From: an uncultured candidate division Zixibacteria bacterium
Lineage (GTDB): Bacteria > Zixibacteria > MSB-5A5 > UBA10806
Length of the DNA: 64,000 nucleotides
Assembly (NCBI GenBank): GCA_963817915.1
Contig: CAWFQL010000010.1
Span: forward strand, 39,482-103,481
Direction of reading: 5' to 3'
Each line of letters starts with the position of its first letter. The first letter of the stretch is position 1. Below, in pieces: positions 42,336-52,574 of this stretch. The notes under the pieces were generated by a model, which saw only the letters and a list, made by a program, of their open reading frames with translations, was not told the DNA's origin and did not search any database. A program made the translations under genes and the position numbers.

Positions 42336-43586
42336 TCAATTCCTTTTCAATCTGAAAAGACTTATCAGCCAAAACAGGTCTTCATTAAGCATTTGGGAAA
42401 ATGATGACATCTTCCGATAGGCTTCCGAATTCGCACTTTTTTCCCTAGTATAATATTCAAACAAAACTATAAATATTAACGACATACAAAATGAAAGTAT
42501 TCCTGCGATCAAGGATATAATTGCTCTCTTGGGACCGGATTTAAGATGCGGCGGTTTGGCAATATCGAGGACTTGAACAGTAGGAGTATCTCGTTGTTCC
42601 TGAATTTTAGCCTGTTCGAATTGTTGTTTAAGAAGTTCGAATATGGTTTCCTGAATTTTGAGATCTCTGGTCAATCTTGCTAATTCAAGACCCAATGCTG
42701 GTGTAGCATCAACCGGAAGATTCAAAGATGATGATGTCGAAGTGCTATCGCCTTTTTCAAGAATATTAATCTGTTTTTGAATTTGCTGGATTTTGTATAC
42801 CTGATTGAGATAGCGGGAATTATCAGATGAGAGCGATTTTTTCATTACGCCCAATTCGATCTCGGCCAACACCATCTGCCCTCGCAATTCGGCCACAGCG
42901 CTAATAGTGGCCTTGACCTGATCTTCGAGTGAAATAGCCTTATTTTTTTCTTGGAAATTTCGATACGCTTCTTCAGCCGCAGTTAAATCAACAATGCAAG
43001 CCGATAGCCGCTGTTCAATGAATTGCCTCGTGAATCCGGCTTTTGAAGTCAGATTTTCCGTATTGACGCGATTAAGCTCTTCTACAAAACTATTGGCAAC
43101 CCTTGCGGCTCTCTCGGGATCGGTATCCTCATAGCTGATAGAAATCATCCCTTCCGGTCTTACGGTAACAGTCGTGCGATTCTGCAACTCTGCTATTGCT
43201 CTTTCCTCAAGATCTATCTTGAAAACTTCGGGGAGATTATTTCGCTTAAGGACCGCCTCTGATACGATTCTACTCTTAAGAACAGATGCATATAAATCCG
43301 AAGGACTTGAAAAGCCGGGCATTGACATTCCACCGCCACTTAGCAGCGAACTAAGCCCCGAAGGCAGCATCGCTCCAGCGAGTCCTAAACCGGATTCTTT
43401 TTCAGGAGGCATTAATATTGTAGTGGCAGTATATTTATTTGGGAAGAAGACCAGCATTATGACCATCGTAAGCAGAATGGCGATAATAAAATTTGTCAGG
43501 AGCACGCGTCGCCATTTGAAAAACAGATTTAATAATTGCCAGAATACTTTTTTATCCCCGTCTTCATTATTTATATTGTTATTCAT
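42336..43586 (-). CDS. Polysaccharide chain-length determinant (Wzz/GumC-like)
   Basis: Two terminal TMs, YTATTILMPP, coiled coil, VQVLDIAKPP..KSGPKR. Confidence 0.88.
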   Translation of the reverse strand: MNNNINNEDGDKKVFWQLLNLFFKWRRVLLTNFIIAILLTMVIMLVFFPNKYTATTILMPPEKESGLGLAGAMLPSGLSSLLSGGGMSMPGFSSPSDLYASVLKSRIVSEAVLKRNNLPEVFKIDLEERAIAELQNRTTVTVRPEGMISISYEDTDPERAARVANSFVEELNRVNTENLTSKAGFTRQFIEQRLSACIVDLTAAEEAYRNFQEKNKAISLEDQVKATISAVAELRGQMVLAEIELGVMKKSLSSDNSRYLNQVYKIQQIQKQINILEKGDSTSTSSSLNLPVDATPALGLELARLTRDLKIQETIFELLKQQFEQAKIQEQRDTPTVQVLDIAKPPHLKSGPKRAIISLIAGILSFCMSLIFIVLFEYYTREKSANSEAYRKMSSFSQMLNEDLFWLISLFRLKRN

Positions 43587-45280
43587 TTTGTAGCCTGCCG
43601 TATTACTAAATAGACTGTTGCCAAATTTCCTACGAATACCATGATATCTTTAACCAATGCTATTGTATTGCTTTTTTTCTTTTCTGGAATCCAAATAGTA
43701 TCTCCCGGTTCAAGCGGCTTTCCGTTGCTTGGATCCTGCCATTCCTGAGTGACACCCTTGATTATGGCTATCCCGCCTTTTCTTGCTCGCGAAGAAAGCC
43801 CGCCTGATCTTTTTATATAGTATCTATAATCTTCGCCAGGCACATATGCCACCAGCCCCGGATTAGCAACTTCACCCGAAATTGTAATTACCTTACTTTT
43901 ACGCGGAATGTAAATTATATCGCCCGAGCGTAGAATTATATCTTTTGAAAAATCCTTATTGACGAATAATCCTTCGAAATCAATCGAGACTCTACCAGGT
44001 TTGCTTCTCGATTTAATCTTGAAATATTCATATTCGGTCTCGGACATATCGGCAACAAGCATCTTTTTCAAACGTTCAAATTCAGGATCAGCTACTTCTT
44101 CCGAAGTATAGCGGGTCATTTCGGCTTCCTGCAACGAGGCAAATTCGGTAAATCCGCCAGCCTTCAAAACTACTTCCGATAAGGAAGTAGAATCGCTTTC
44201 GATGGCATAATAACCGGGATACTTGAATTCACCCACCAACTGAACCTGATTTTTTTCATGATAACCCTGGATGGGCTTGACATAAACGCGGTCATCCGGT
44301 TTTAATGGTACATTCCAATTACTTTGCCTTAGATCAACAAAAACGCTATACGAGCTCTTGTTATCAGGATAAAAACTGACTATTTCAACGGAATTTGAAT
44401 CCGCGTCCAGAGAAAGTCCATGCGCAATATTCAATAGATCAGCAAGAGAATCTCTTTCAGAATATTCAAAATAGCCCTGGTTACGCACGGCGCCGAAAAT
44501 ACCATAAAAATTGATGTTTTTTTCACGAACCGGTACAAAAACATTATCACCATCTTGCATTTGGGGATTAAAATCGGAGCGACCTGTGAGTTCAAATCTG
44601 AGAATGTCGGCTTTCAATGTATCACCATTTGCGCGATAGATTTTAATATCTCGCTTGGCAGGTAATTTGGTATTATCCCAATCCTGCTGTAGATCGGCCC
44701 GATAATTCTGGTCTTTTTCCTTTTGATTGAGAAAACCTCCTGCAAGTTCAATTATTTCGGACACGCGAGAAACTGCAGTGGCAGGATAAGCGCCCGGATT
44801 ATTAACAGCGCCACCGATAAAAACTTTGAATTTTCTGAGACTGACCAAGGATACTACAGTCTGAACATTCCGGAATCTGCCCCCAATATCATCCGCAGTC
44901 TTGATCCTTGCTTGCGCAAGTGTCAAGCCGGCAACCTGTACAGGGCCGATTTCTGGAATAAGCAATACGCCTTCGGGAGTAATAGGTAACTGATATTGCC
45001 CTTGGAAATTGCCCCAGATAAAAACAGAGAGGACATCTCCGGGGCCGAGGACATATGTATCTGGATCAATTTTTTTATCGAGGAGATTGGACGAGAAATC
45101 CATCTTTTGGGCTTTTAGGTCCAATAATTCTTTTTCTTTGTCGTCGGATAAAGAGGAAGACTGAGCAAAAATAGTGGAAGGATTGAAAATATTTGAACAG
45201 ATTACGCATGAAATAAAGCTAATAAAAAAAATGCGGGCATAAATTGAAACCCGTCGGCCATAAATACTTATTATTTTCAC
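43583..45280 (-). CDS. Polysaccharide export protein with SLBB repeats (Wza/KpsD-like)
   Basis: YVLGPGD, IPEIGPVQVAGLTL, GAVNNPGAY, GEVANPG, PGDTIWIP. Confidence 0.88.
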   Translation of the reverse strand: MKIISIYGRRVSIYARIFFISFISCVICSNIFNPSTIFAQSSSLSDDKEKELLDLKAQKMDFSSNLLDKKIDPDTYVLGPGDVLSVFIWGNFQGQYQLPITPEGVLLIPEIGPVQVAGLTLAQARIKTADDIGGRFRNVQTVVSLVSLRKFKVFIGGAVNNPGAYPATAVSRVSEIIELAGGFLNQKEKDQNYRADLQQDWDNTKLPAKRDIKIYRANGDTLKADILRFELTGRSDFNPQMQDGDNVFVPVREKNINFYGIFGAVRNQGYFEYSERDSLADLLNIAHGLSLDADSNSVEIVSFYPDNKSSYSVFVDLRQSNWNVPLKPDDRVYVKPIQGYHEKNQVQLVGEFKYPGYYAIESDSTSLSEVVLKAGGFTEFASLQEAEMTRYTSEEVADPEFERLKKMLVADMSETEYEYFKIKSRSKPGRVSIDFEGLFVNKDFSKDIILRSGDIIYIPRKSKVITISGEVANPGLVAYVPGEDYRYYIKRSGGLSSRARKGGIAIIKGVTQEWQDPSNGKPLEPGDTIWIPEKKKSNTIALVKDIMVFVGNLATVYLVIRQATK

Positions 45281-45320
45281 AGTAAAGGAGTACCCTTTCG
45301 ATTTAAAGTCTTACCATTTT

Positions 45321-45353
45321 CTCGCTACTACCTAAACCACAAACTTTTAGCTA
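45321..45353 (-). promoter_or_regulatory. JUMPStart/ops-like element
   Basis: Minus strand TAGCTAAAAGTTTGTGGTTTAGGTAGTAGCGAG in the 5' UTR of the polysaccharide operon. Confidence 0.5.
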
Positions 45354-45387
45354 TATTTCCCGGGCGCTCCTCCTTCAAATTGAATTC

Positions 45388-45416
45388 AATATAATTGGGA
45401 TGCCAAATCAGGTCAA
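45388..45416 (-). promoter_or_regulatory. Sigma70-like promoter of the polysaccharide operon
   Basis: TTGACC-17 bp-TATATT, the same hexamers as the promoter at 17663. Confidence 0.65.
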
Positions 45417-45457
45417 GTAAAATAAATCACAATGGGATGCCCGGTTAGCCTCGATTT

Positions 45458-47962
45458 TCATTCGTTTTTTTGCCAATTCCTGATGCTTTTGGCATACTGT
45501 TTTACTAATTCCTTGGCGGTCTCCGATGAATACGATTCGGCCAAAATATAGAACAAAGCTTTCTTCCGATCGGGACGCAATAATACCCAGCCATCGTCAA
45601 CTGAAAGCCTGGCTCCATCAACCAATATTCTCGTGGAATTTTCAGAATCGGCCATTAAATGACGCATTACCTGCCCCTTTTTGGCCCAGGCGCAGGCGAC
45701 TTCTTTCTCGGCCATTTCCAGTCGATCCCAATCTCCGGTAACTCGTCCTATTTTTGTCCCTGCTTTCGCGAGAAGCTCGAGTATTTTGACGGTCACGAAC
45801 ATGGCATCGACACCAATCTGGAATCCGGGGAATATGAAGCCACCCTTGGTGCCACCTACATACCCTATTTCAGGATTGCTGGCAGCTTCCATCATGGCCT
45901 GATGGTCGCTCGGTATCCAGAGTATCTCCGCGCCGTGCTCGTCTGCCACCATTTCCAAGCCTGCCGTCGCGGTAACCGGAGCGGCTATCTTTTTAGGTTT
46001 GGCGGATTGACAGAATAATTCTGTAACCTTAAGAAGAAGCTTTTGCGATGTTATAGGATTGCCTTTTTCATCGACAGCGATAATCTTTTCGGCGCCGGGA
46101 TTTAGCATAAATCCGATATCGGCATCAAGCGATTTTACTATCGAACCCAATTGCTTAAGTGCTTCTCTTTGGCTTCCCGCGAAATAATGAACCTTTCTGG
46201 GATCGACAAATGAATTCAACGAGACAGCGTCGATACCCAATTGCCCGAGAATATTAGGCATTATATCCGAGGCGGCCCCGAATGAATAATCGATAATGAC
46301 TTTTAATTTGCTATCACTGAATAATTCCTTATCGAAATGCGAAATGAAAGCGTCGCGATACGATTCCAACGCTCTTGGCGGATATTCGATATTGCCTATT
46401 TTCCCGATGGGCGCCCGGCGAAAATCTTCCCGAAGGAAGAGCCGTTCTATCGTTTTATTTTTGGAGGTCGGTAAATCTCTGCCGCCATGTTCAAAGAAAA
46501 TAATATCAATTTCGCCATTGCCATCAGGATTCATTCGAACATGGATGCCCCCCGCTTCGCGGCCGCCTTTCAGCACCTGACGCAGAATCGGAATGGGTGC
46601 TATTCTGAGATCGGCGACATTAACACCTGCCGAAAGCAGGCCGCACATTACGGCGCGATATATCATTCGGCTGGCATCGGATGCACCGCGGCTGAGAGCC
46701 ACTGTCCGTTCTTCGCCAAGCATGGCACCATAGGCGGCCCCCAATTTGGTGGCGAATTCCGGTGTGATTTCAGCATTGCCAACCCCTGTGACTTTGGCGT
46801 CGGAGAAAAGCTCTCGAGTCCACATCTCTCCCCAGATAAGGCTTGAATTGAGAATCGCGCCAGACTCGACTTCTTTATTAGGCCATATTTTGACATTTCG
46901 CTTAATTCGAGCCCCATCCCCTACCCGGCTGTTGTCAGAAAGGATGCAATTTTCTTCGATTTCCGATTCTTCTCCGACATGACTGCTATTGCATAAAATT
47001 GCCTCGCTTACACGGGACATGGGACCGATTGTGGCATTTTCCCAGGTCACAATGCGATTGACATTGGCATCGCGGCCTATAATCGAATTGCTTCCGATTA
47101 CACTCTGGAAGATTTTTGCTCTCGGACCGATTTTGACATTATCTCCGATAACCACGCAACCTGAAAAATCCGCGCCATGGGATATAATAGTATTTTCACC
47201 GACAAGCACATTGGCATCGGGATAATTTAATTTCTTGCCATCGATTTTGATTTTGACTTTGCCATCGAGGATATCTTGATGGGCCGAAAAATATTCTTCT
47301 ATATTGCCGATATCTCGCCAATACCCCGAAGAAACATACCCCATCAGTTTCATTTTTTGGGCAAGCATGGCCGGAAAGAGGTCTTTGGAAAAATCGAATT
47401 CCGTTTTGACCGGAATCATATCGAGTATTTCAGGTTCGAGGATATATATTCCGGTGTTGACCGTATCGGAAAAAACCTGGCCCCAGCCTGGCTTTTCGAG
47501 AAACCTGGTGATTTTGCCATTTTCACCAGTAATTACGATGCCATATGATAACGGATTATCGACGCGAGTGAGGACTATTGTTGAGTCAGCCTTTTTCTTG
47601 TGATGATATTCTAATGCCTCGGTGAGATTGAAATCGGTTAGAACATCGCCGGATATAATGATAAATCGTTCTTTTAGCAGATCCTGAGCATTTTTGACTG
47701 CGCCCGCCGTTCCGAAATCTGCCTCGGCTGTAACATATTCGATATTGACGCCCCAGCTTTTGCCATTTTTAAAGTATGATTTTATCTGATCGGACTGGAA
47801 ATAAAGTATAGCCAAAATGTCGTCAATGCCATGAATTTTGAGCAGGCGAATAATATGTTCCATTATAGGCTTTCCCACCACCGGCACCATTGGCTTTGGT
47901 ATATTGGCAGTCAAGGGCCTGAGCCTCGTGCCAAAACCACCCGCCATAATCACAGCCTTCAT
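45458..47962 (-). CDS. Mannose-1-phosphate guanylyltransferase / phosphomannomutase-like fusion
   Basis: MAGGFGTRLRPLT..PKP, FLEKP, YWRDIG, hexapeptide repeats, then PGM/PMM domains. Confidence 0.9.
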   Translation of the reverse strand: MKAVIMAGGFGTRLRPLTANIPKPMVPVVGKPIMEHIIRLLKIHGIDDILAILYFQSDQIKSYFKNGKSWGVNIEYVTAEADFGTAGAVKNAQDLLKERFIIISGDVLTDFNLTEALEYHHKKKADSTIVLTRVDNPLSYGIVITGENGKITRFLEKPGWGQVFSDTVNTGIYILEPEILDMIPVKTEFDFSKDLFPAMLAQKMKLMGYVSSGYWRDIGNIEEYFSAHQDILDGKVKIKIDGKKLNYPDANVLVGENTIISHGADFSGCVVIGDNVKIGPRAKIFQSVIGSNSIIGRDANVNRIVTWENATIGPMSRVSEAILCNSSHVGEESEIEENCILSDNSRVGDGARIKRNVKIWPNKEVESGAILNSSLIWGEMWTRELFSDAKVTGVGNAEITPEFATKLGAAYGAMLGEERTVALSRGASDASRMIYRAVMCGLLSAGVNVADLRIAPIPILRQVLKGGREAGGIHVRMNPDGNGEIDIIFFEHGGRDLPTSKNKTIERLFLREDFRRAPIGKIGNIEYPPRALESYRDAFISHFDKELFSDSKLKVIIDYSFGAASDIMPNILGQLGIDAVSLNSFVDPRKVHYFAGSQREALKQLGSIVKSLDADIGFMLNPGAEKIIAVDEKGNPITSQKLLLKVTELFCQSAKPKKIAAPVTATAGLEMVADEHGAEILWIPSDHQAMMEAASNPEIGYVGGTKGGFIFPGFQIGVDAMFVTVKILELLAKAGTKIGRVTGDWDRLEMAEKEVACAWAKKGQVMRHLMADSENSTRILVDGARLSVDDGWVLLRPDRKKALFYILAESYSSETAKELVKQYAKSIRNWQKNE

Positions 47963-47995
47963 TGTCTCTCCTTTATTTCGCCAATATCATCGAGC

Positions 47996-49195
47996 TTAAT
48001 ATTTCCGATCGCCCTTAGGCTTTCTTATCATTTTTATATATTGAAATGGGACAGCTTTCAAGTCATCTTTTGGAGGAAGCCAGGAGATTTCGTTGTCAAC
48101 TATTCTAAAATCATTTGCCGCCAGAGGAAGAATAGTATCAACATTTTCTATCGATGGCGTCACTTCGAATGCCGAATCAGGCCATCTTCTCTGTGCCAGA
48201 CCAACCAGATAATTCCAGGCGTCATATTCCATGTCCTTGCCTCGAAATTCAGGATAGAGCCTGACATTGAGCTTGCAGATCTTATTCGAGTCCGGAAATT
48301 CCGCGCCGCACTCGCCGACAAATTTGCCGGATTTATCTTCGAGCGAGAAATGGAATCTATTTGCGCCGGATGTGATTTTGTTTAAATAAGAATCGTATTG
48401 CTCCATAGTCCACCCGAGTCCATCGGGATAGCCGTCATTTTTCATTACTTCACTATTCTCCCAGAGTTCGATCAAGTGACTTCTATGACGTTCCGCGGTA
48501 ACGCAAAAATTATAATGCCGGCTGATGGCAAATATCTTCTTTTTGATGATTTCAACTATGGAAATGATAATATCATAAAAATCATCGTATTCGATATGAG
48601 ATGATGAACTGCCGAGCATCTTGCTTAAGTCTGAACGGGCGAAAATTATATCAGCGGCACGGGCGGCGTGCAAATCCGAATGACCATCTCCTATGAAAAT
48701 AGACGATTGATTAGTTTGGGTTAATTTGGAAATATGATATCCCTTACAATTGGAGCATTTCCCGCAGCCCCGATCATAATATGGAAAGGCGGGATGAATT
48801 TGGCCATCTTCATTCTCATCAGCATGATTACAGATTCTCTCCAAACCATTCAGATCATGCTGACTCAGGATTTTATCTATATAAAAATCAAAACCTTCGG
48901 ACAAGATTATTGGATCGATATTATTGGTTTTTGCCCATTTGAGGAATTCATCAAAACCATTTCTTAATTGTTGGGCTTCCAGAAATGCCCTGTAATCATT
49001 CGGCGATGGATTATGCTGATTCCAGATTTCGCATTCTTTAGAAAGACATTCGAACGAACCAATCTTGCCTCTGCGGTAAAGCTGGACCACTTCTTCAGTG
49101 TCGGCATTGGTGAATTCTTTAAACATCTCATAGCCGACATCGTTCCGGGTAATGGTGCCGTCAAAATCGACAAATATTTTAAGCCAATCATTCAT
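47996..49195 (-). CDS. MtnX-like HAD-IB phosphatase fused to a RimJ-like GNAT domain
   Basis: DFDGTIT, ILSEG, CGKCSNCK, GDGHSD. C-terminal FVGECG, LYPEFRGK. Confidence 0.75.
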   Translation of the reverse strand: MNDWLKIFVDFDGTITRNDVGYEMFKEFTNADTEEVVQLYRRGKIGSFECLSKECEIWNQHNPSPNDYRAFLEAQQLRNGFDEFLKWAKTNNIDPIILSEGFDFYIDKILSQHDLNGLERICNHADENEDGQIHPAFPYYDRGCGKCSNCKGYHISKLTQTNQSSIFIGDGHSDLHAARAADIIFARSDLSKMLGSSSSHIEYDDFYDIIISIVEIIKKKIFAISRHYNFCVTAERHRSHLIELWENSEVMKNDGYPDGLGWTMEQYDSYLNKITSGANRFHFSLEDKSGKFVGECGAEFPDSNKICKLNVRLYPEFRGKDMEYDAWNYLVGLAQRRWPDSAFEVTPSIENVDTILPLAANDFRIVDNEISWLPPKDDLKAVPFQYIKMIRKPKGDRKY

Positions 49196-49476
49196 TTGGA
49201 TATGAACATTGCCGCAATAATAACTATGACAATAATTAAGGATATTACCAGCATTTTAATATTTTTGGACCTATAATAAGCGACTGAAGCGGCAATTATT
49301 CCAATAAGCGGGGCTATTATTACGATCCCGACACCGGTATAAGATAATGATTTTTTGATTGGCAATTTTGCTATCTCCGCGATCACGGCGATGATGAGCA
49401 GCGCGATTGCGGCGATTTGAACTATTTTTAGGGTCTTCGCAATTTTAATTCCGATGTCATTTCCACTTTCGGCCAT
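49192..49476 (-). CDS. Small membrane protein (DUF1634-like)
   Basis: Three hydrophobic segments, GIVIIAP, directly downstream of tauE. Confidence 0.55.
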   Translation of the reverse strand: MAESGNDIGIKIAKTLKIVQIAAIALLIIAVIAEIAKLPIKKSLSYTGVGIVIIAPLIGIIAASVAYYRSKNIKMLVISLIIVIVIIAAMFISK

Positions 49477-50226
49477 CTAAAATCCTTTCATCCCCATTCT
49501 GATAGCAGTATAAACAAGAAATATCACAAAAATCCATTTCAATAATTTGGTATGAATTCTATATGATAATGTCGCGCCAAGCCTGCTCCCGGCCATTATG
49601 CCTAACATCACCGGCGGCGATTTTTCGAGATCAAGCGTGCCATTGAAGAAATATACTATCGCGCCGGTCGCGGCAGTAATGCCAACCATATAGCTCGAGG
49701 TGGCAGTTGCCACTTTCATAGGCACATTCATGATAAGATTCATAACCGGCACTTTGATAATCCCGCCGCCTACTCCGAGGAGGCTCGAAATATTTCCACC
49801 AATAAATGAAACGAACATCCCGATAGTCATATGTTTCGGCTTGCCTTCATAGACGGTATCATCGTCGGTCTTTTTGGGTAGAAGCATGTGAAAGGAACTA
49901 TAAAGCATCACAAACGCAAACAGAAGATAGATGATTTTCGATGAAATCATTCCAGCGATGATGGCTCCAATTAAAGCCCCAAAAGTAGTAATTGTCTCAA
50001 GAGTCAGCGCCAATTTCAAATCAGTGCGACCGGTCTTTAAAAAATCGATAGCGGCCATTGTCGAGCCCGCGACAACACCGGTCAGACTTATACCGGCGGC
50101 TTGAACAGGTGTCATTCCGAGGAGCAAAGTAAAAACTGGTACCATTATAATTCCGCCGCCGAGACCGAGCAACGATCCTATAAAACCCGCAAAAAAGCCG
50201 GTTGAAATCAGATAAAGCAATTCCAT
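49477..50226 (-). CDS. TauE/SafE family sulfite exporter-like permease
   Basis: GSLLGLGGGIIMVP and SSLLGVGGGIIKVP repeats, ATATS. Confidence 0.9.
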   Translation of the reverse strand: MELLYLISTGFFAGFIGSLLGLGGGIIMVPVFTLLLGMTPVQAAGISLTGVVAGSTMAAIDFLKTGRTDLKLALTLETITTFGALIGAIIAGMISSKIIYLLFAFVMLYSSFHMLLPKKTDDDTVYEGKPKHMTIGMFVSFIGGNISSLLGVGGGIIKVPVMNLIMNVPMKVATATSSYMVGITAATGAIVYFFNGTLDLEKSPPVMLGIMAGSRLGATLSYRIHTKLLKWIFVIFLVYTAIRMGMKGF

Positions 50227-50699
50227 ACCCGGTCAATCTATGATAGTCTAACGCAAAAGGCAAGTATCAGGGGCATGCCAGCATATAATTGGTCATTAAT
50301 AGACGTAATCACTCAGGATCGGATGCGGTAATGGTAAACCGTGATTCGCGGGACGCCCATCGGTCGGGTGCGGAGACCCGATCGCACTTGGGACACCCGA
50401 TGTGGTCACGGCAAGCCGTGACTCGCAGGAAAACTTGGAATCGCTAAGCGCTGGCTGCGGTCACAGAAAGCGGTTAAGTATATGACGCCTATCGGTCGGG
50501 TACGGAGACCCGACCGCACTTGGAAAGCAATTCCATACCCGGTCAGTCTATGATAGTCTAATGCAAAAGGCAAGTATCAGGGGCATGCCAGCATATAATT
50601 GGTCATTAATAGACGTAATCACTCTGCATCGGATGCGGTAATAGTAAACCGTGATTCGCGGGACGCCCATCGGTCGGGTGCGGAGACCCGACCGCACTT
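50214..50699. repeat. 176-bp direct duplication (50214-50389 and 50524-50699) with REP-like hairpins
   Basis: 6 mismatches counted. Includes the tauE start and promoter (TTGCCT-17-TAGATT or TAGACT, minus). Hairpin cggtcgggt..acccgaccgcac at 50361, 50493 and 50671. Confidence 0.9.
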
Positions 50700-50762
50700 A
50701 CGATAATGAGGTTAATCGCTCAGCGCCGGATGCGGTCACGGCAAGCCGTGACTCGCAGGAAC

Positions 50763-52412
50763 TCAGCGAGATACCAGGACGTCCGCATATTTTTTTGAAT
50801 CGGAGAGAATCTCGAGTGCGTTTTTCATTTCAGGCTGAGTGATCACATAATCAGGATCGTATAACGCATTCTCGCCGATGGAAATGGACACAATTGAATC
50901 GTGAAGATGCCTGGCAATGAGGGAACGGTTGGAATCAAATTGGTGTAATTCTATTGAATTGATCTTTGCGTCAATAGTCTGGAGTGCTTTCATAACATCG
51001 CTGCTTGAATTATTAAGCCCTTGTTCGAGGCGATTCAAAGATTGCCTTCTATCGTCACAGTATTTAAAGCCTCGTTTGACCAGGAAATTTTTGAAATCGT
51101 CAATTACAGATTCGCTGACTTTGAAACGAGAATCGACCTTATGCGAATCATCATATTCGCAGGCAAAATCGAAAAACAATGATCCCCTGATAAGTGAATC
51201 AACATAGGGCGTGTTATTTTCGCTTTCGATGAAGATATCGGGGATAATCCCTCCACCACCGATAACGGGTCGTCCCGAATCTGTAAGATAAAGGCTGTCG
51301 GATGGCTGATCATTGGGGTTATCCAGTAATTCGAATGATGACCAATCGGGTTTTTGCAGACATCGACCTGATGGCAAATAGTATTTCGCGGTGGTCAACT
51401 TCAGAGCGGAATCATCGGAAAATTGAAGAACTTGCTGAACAAGCCCCTTGCCGTATGTAGCAGATCCAATGATTACTCCGCGATCATGATCCTGAAGAGT
51501 ACCCGCGACAATTTCGGCGGCGCTGGCCGTTTGGCCGTCAACAAGGATGGCGAGGCTGCCAAAGGGAAATATCGGAAAACCGGTGGATGAGTATATGCTG
51601 GTGATGGAATCATTTTTCCCGCGTGTTTCGACAATATCTGTATTATCGGGAAGGAAAATTCCGGCGATTTCAACCGCTTCAATCAGAAGGCCGCCGGGGT
51701 TGCCGCGCAGATCGAGAATCAAGGATTTCATGCCCTTTTTCTTTAGCTCCCTGATCGCTTTCTTCATTTCGATAGAACAACCCTCGGAGAATTTCGCCAG
51801 ACGGATATATCCAATATTTTCGTCGATCATTTCGGATATGTTTACAGCCTTGATTTCGACCCTATCCCTGGCGACTTCCAAGACCAACTCGCCTTTATTG
51901 GGTCTATCGATTTTTATTTTAACTGTGCTTCCGGCCGGTCCCCGAAGAAGCATTTTGATTTCCTTAATATTTTTGCCAATAATAGGTTTATTATCAATCG
52001 AGATAATACGATCGGCTGTTTTGAGACCGTTATGGGCCGCCGGGGCATTTTCTTGTACTGATACTACTGTCAGGGTATCGTGATGCAATTCCAATCCGAC
52101 ACCGATACCATCAAATTGGCCATCGGTCTCCTGCTTGAGATAGAGAAAATCGGGGCCATCGAGAAATTTTGAATATTGATCGAGACCGGAAAGCATGCCA
52201 TCGATGCCCGACCTTATTAATTTGGTTTCATCGATATCTTCTATATAATTGCTGCTGACCATCAAGGCCACGCGGTCAAACAGCCTGATATTATCGTAAA
52301 GCTCATCCGATGACGACCAGGTGGAACCGACAGCAAGGCTGGCTAAGATTATTACTGTCACCGGCCATCCATATTTGCTTAAGATCCTGATGAAATTTGA
52401 TCTATTTATCAT
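50763..52412 (-). CDS. ctpA: S41 carboxy-terminal processing protease
   Basis: PDZ (GIGV), IGYIRL, LDLRGNPGGLL, TASAAEI, TYGKGLVQ, GGGGIIPD. Confidence 0.92.
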   Translation of the reverse strand: MINRSNFIRILSKYGWPVTVIILASLAVGSTWSSSDELYDNIRLFDRVALMVSSNYIEDIDETKLIRSGIDGMLSGLDQYSKFLDGPDFLYLKQETDGQFDGIGVGLELHHDTLTVVSVQENAPAAHNGLKTADRIISIDNKPIIGKNIKEIKMLLRGPAGSTVKIKIDRPNKGELVLEVARDRVEIKAVNISEMIDENIGYIRLAKFSEGCSIEMKKAIRELKKKGMKSLILDLRGNPGGLLIEAVEIAGIFLPDNTDIVETRGKNDSITSIYSSTGFPIFPFGSLAILVDGQTASAAEIVAGTLQDHDRGVIIGSATYGKGLVQQVLQFSDDSALKLTTAKYYLPSGRCLQKPDWSSFELLDNPNDQPSDSLYLTDSGRPVIGGGGIIPDIFIESENNTPYVDSLIRGSLFFDFACEYDDSHKVDSRFKVSESVIDDFKNFLVKRGFKYCDDRRQSLNRLEQGLNNSSSDVMKALQTIDAKINSIELHQFDSNRSLIARHLHDSIVSISIGENALYDPDYVITQPEMKNALEILSDSKKYADVLVSR

Positions 52413-52574
52413 AATTTTCCCCAATATCAGAACACGATTAGTGATACTTCCATCAATATCGACATGAAATTGAGGATTAATATGAAGGTATATTGCTAAT
52501 AATTTAGCGGCGTTTCAGTATGGAAATTCGGGCGGAAGAATAAGATAAAATTACGGTAAATTGACCAATATATT

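Noticed and set aside
50214..50760. CRISPR array
   Set aside because: Repeats are irregularly spaced, the intervening DNA is itself duplicated, and no cas genes are present
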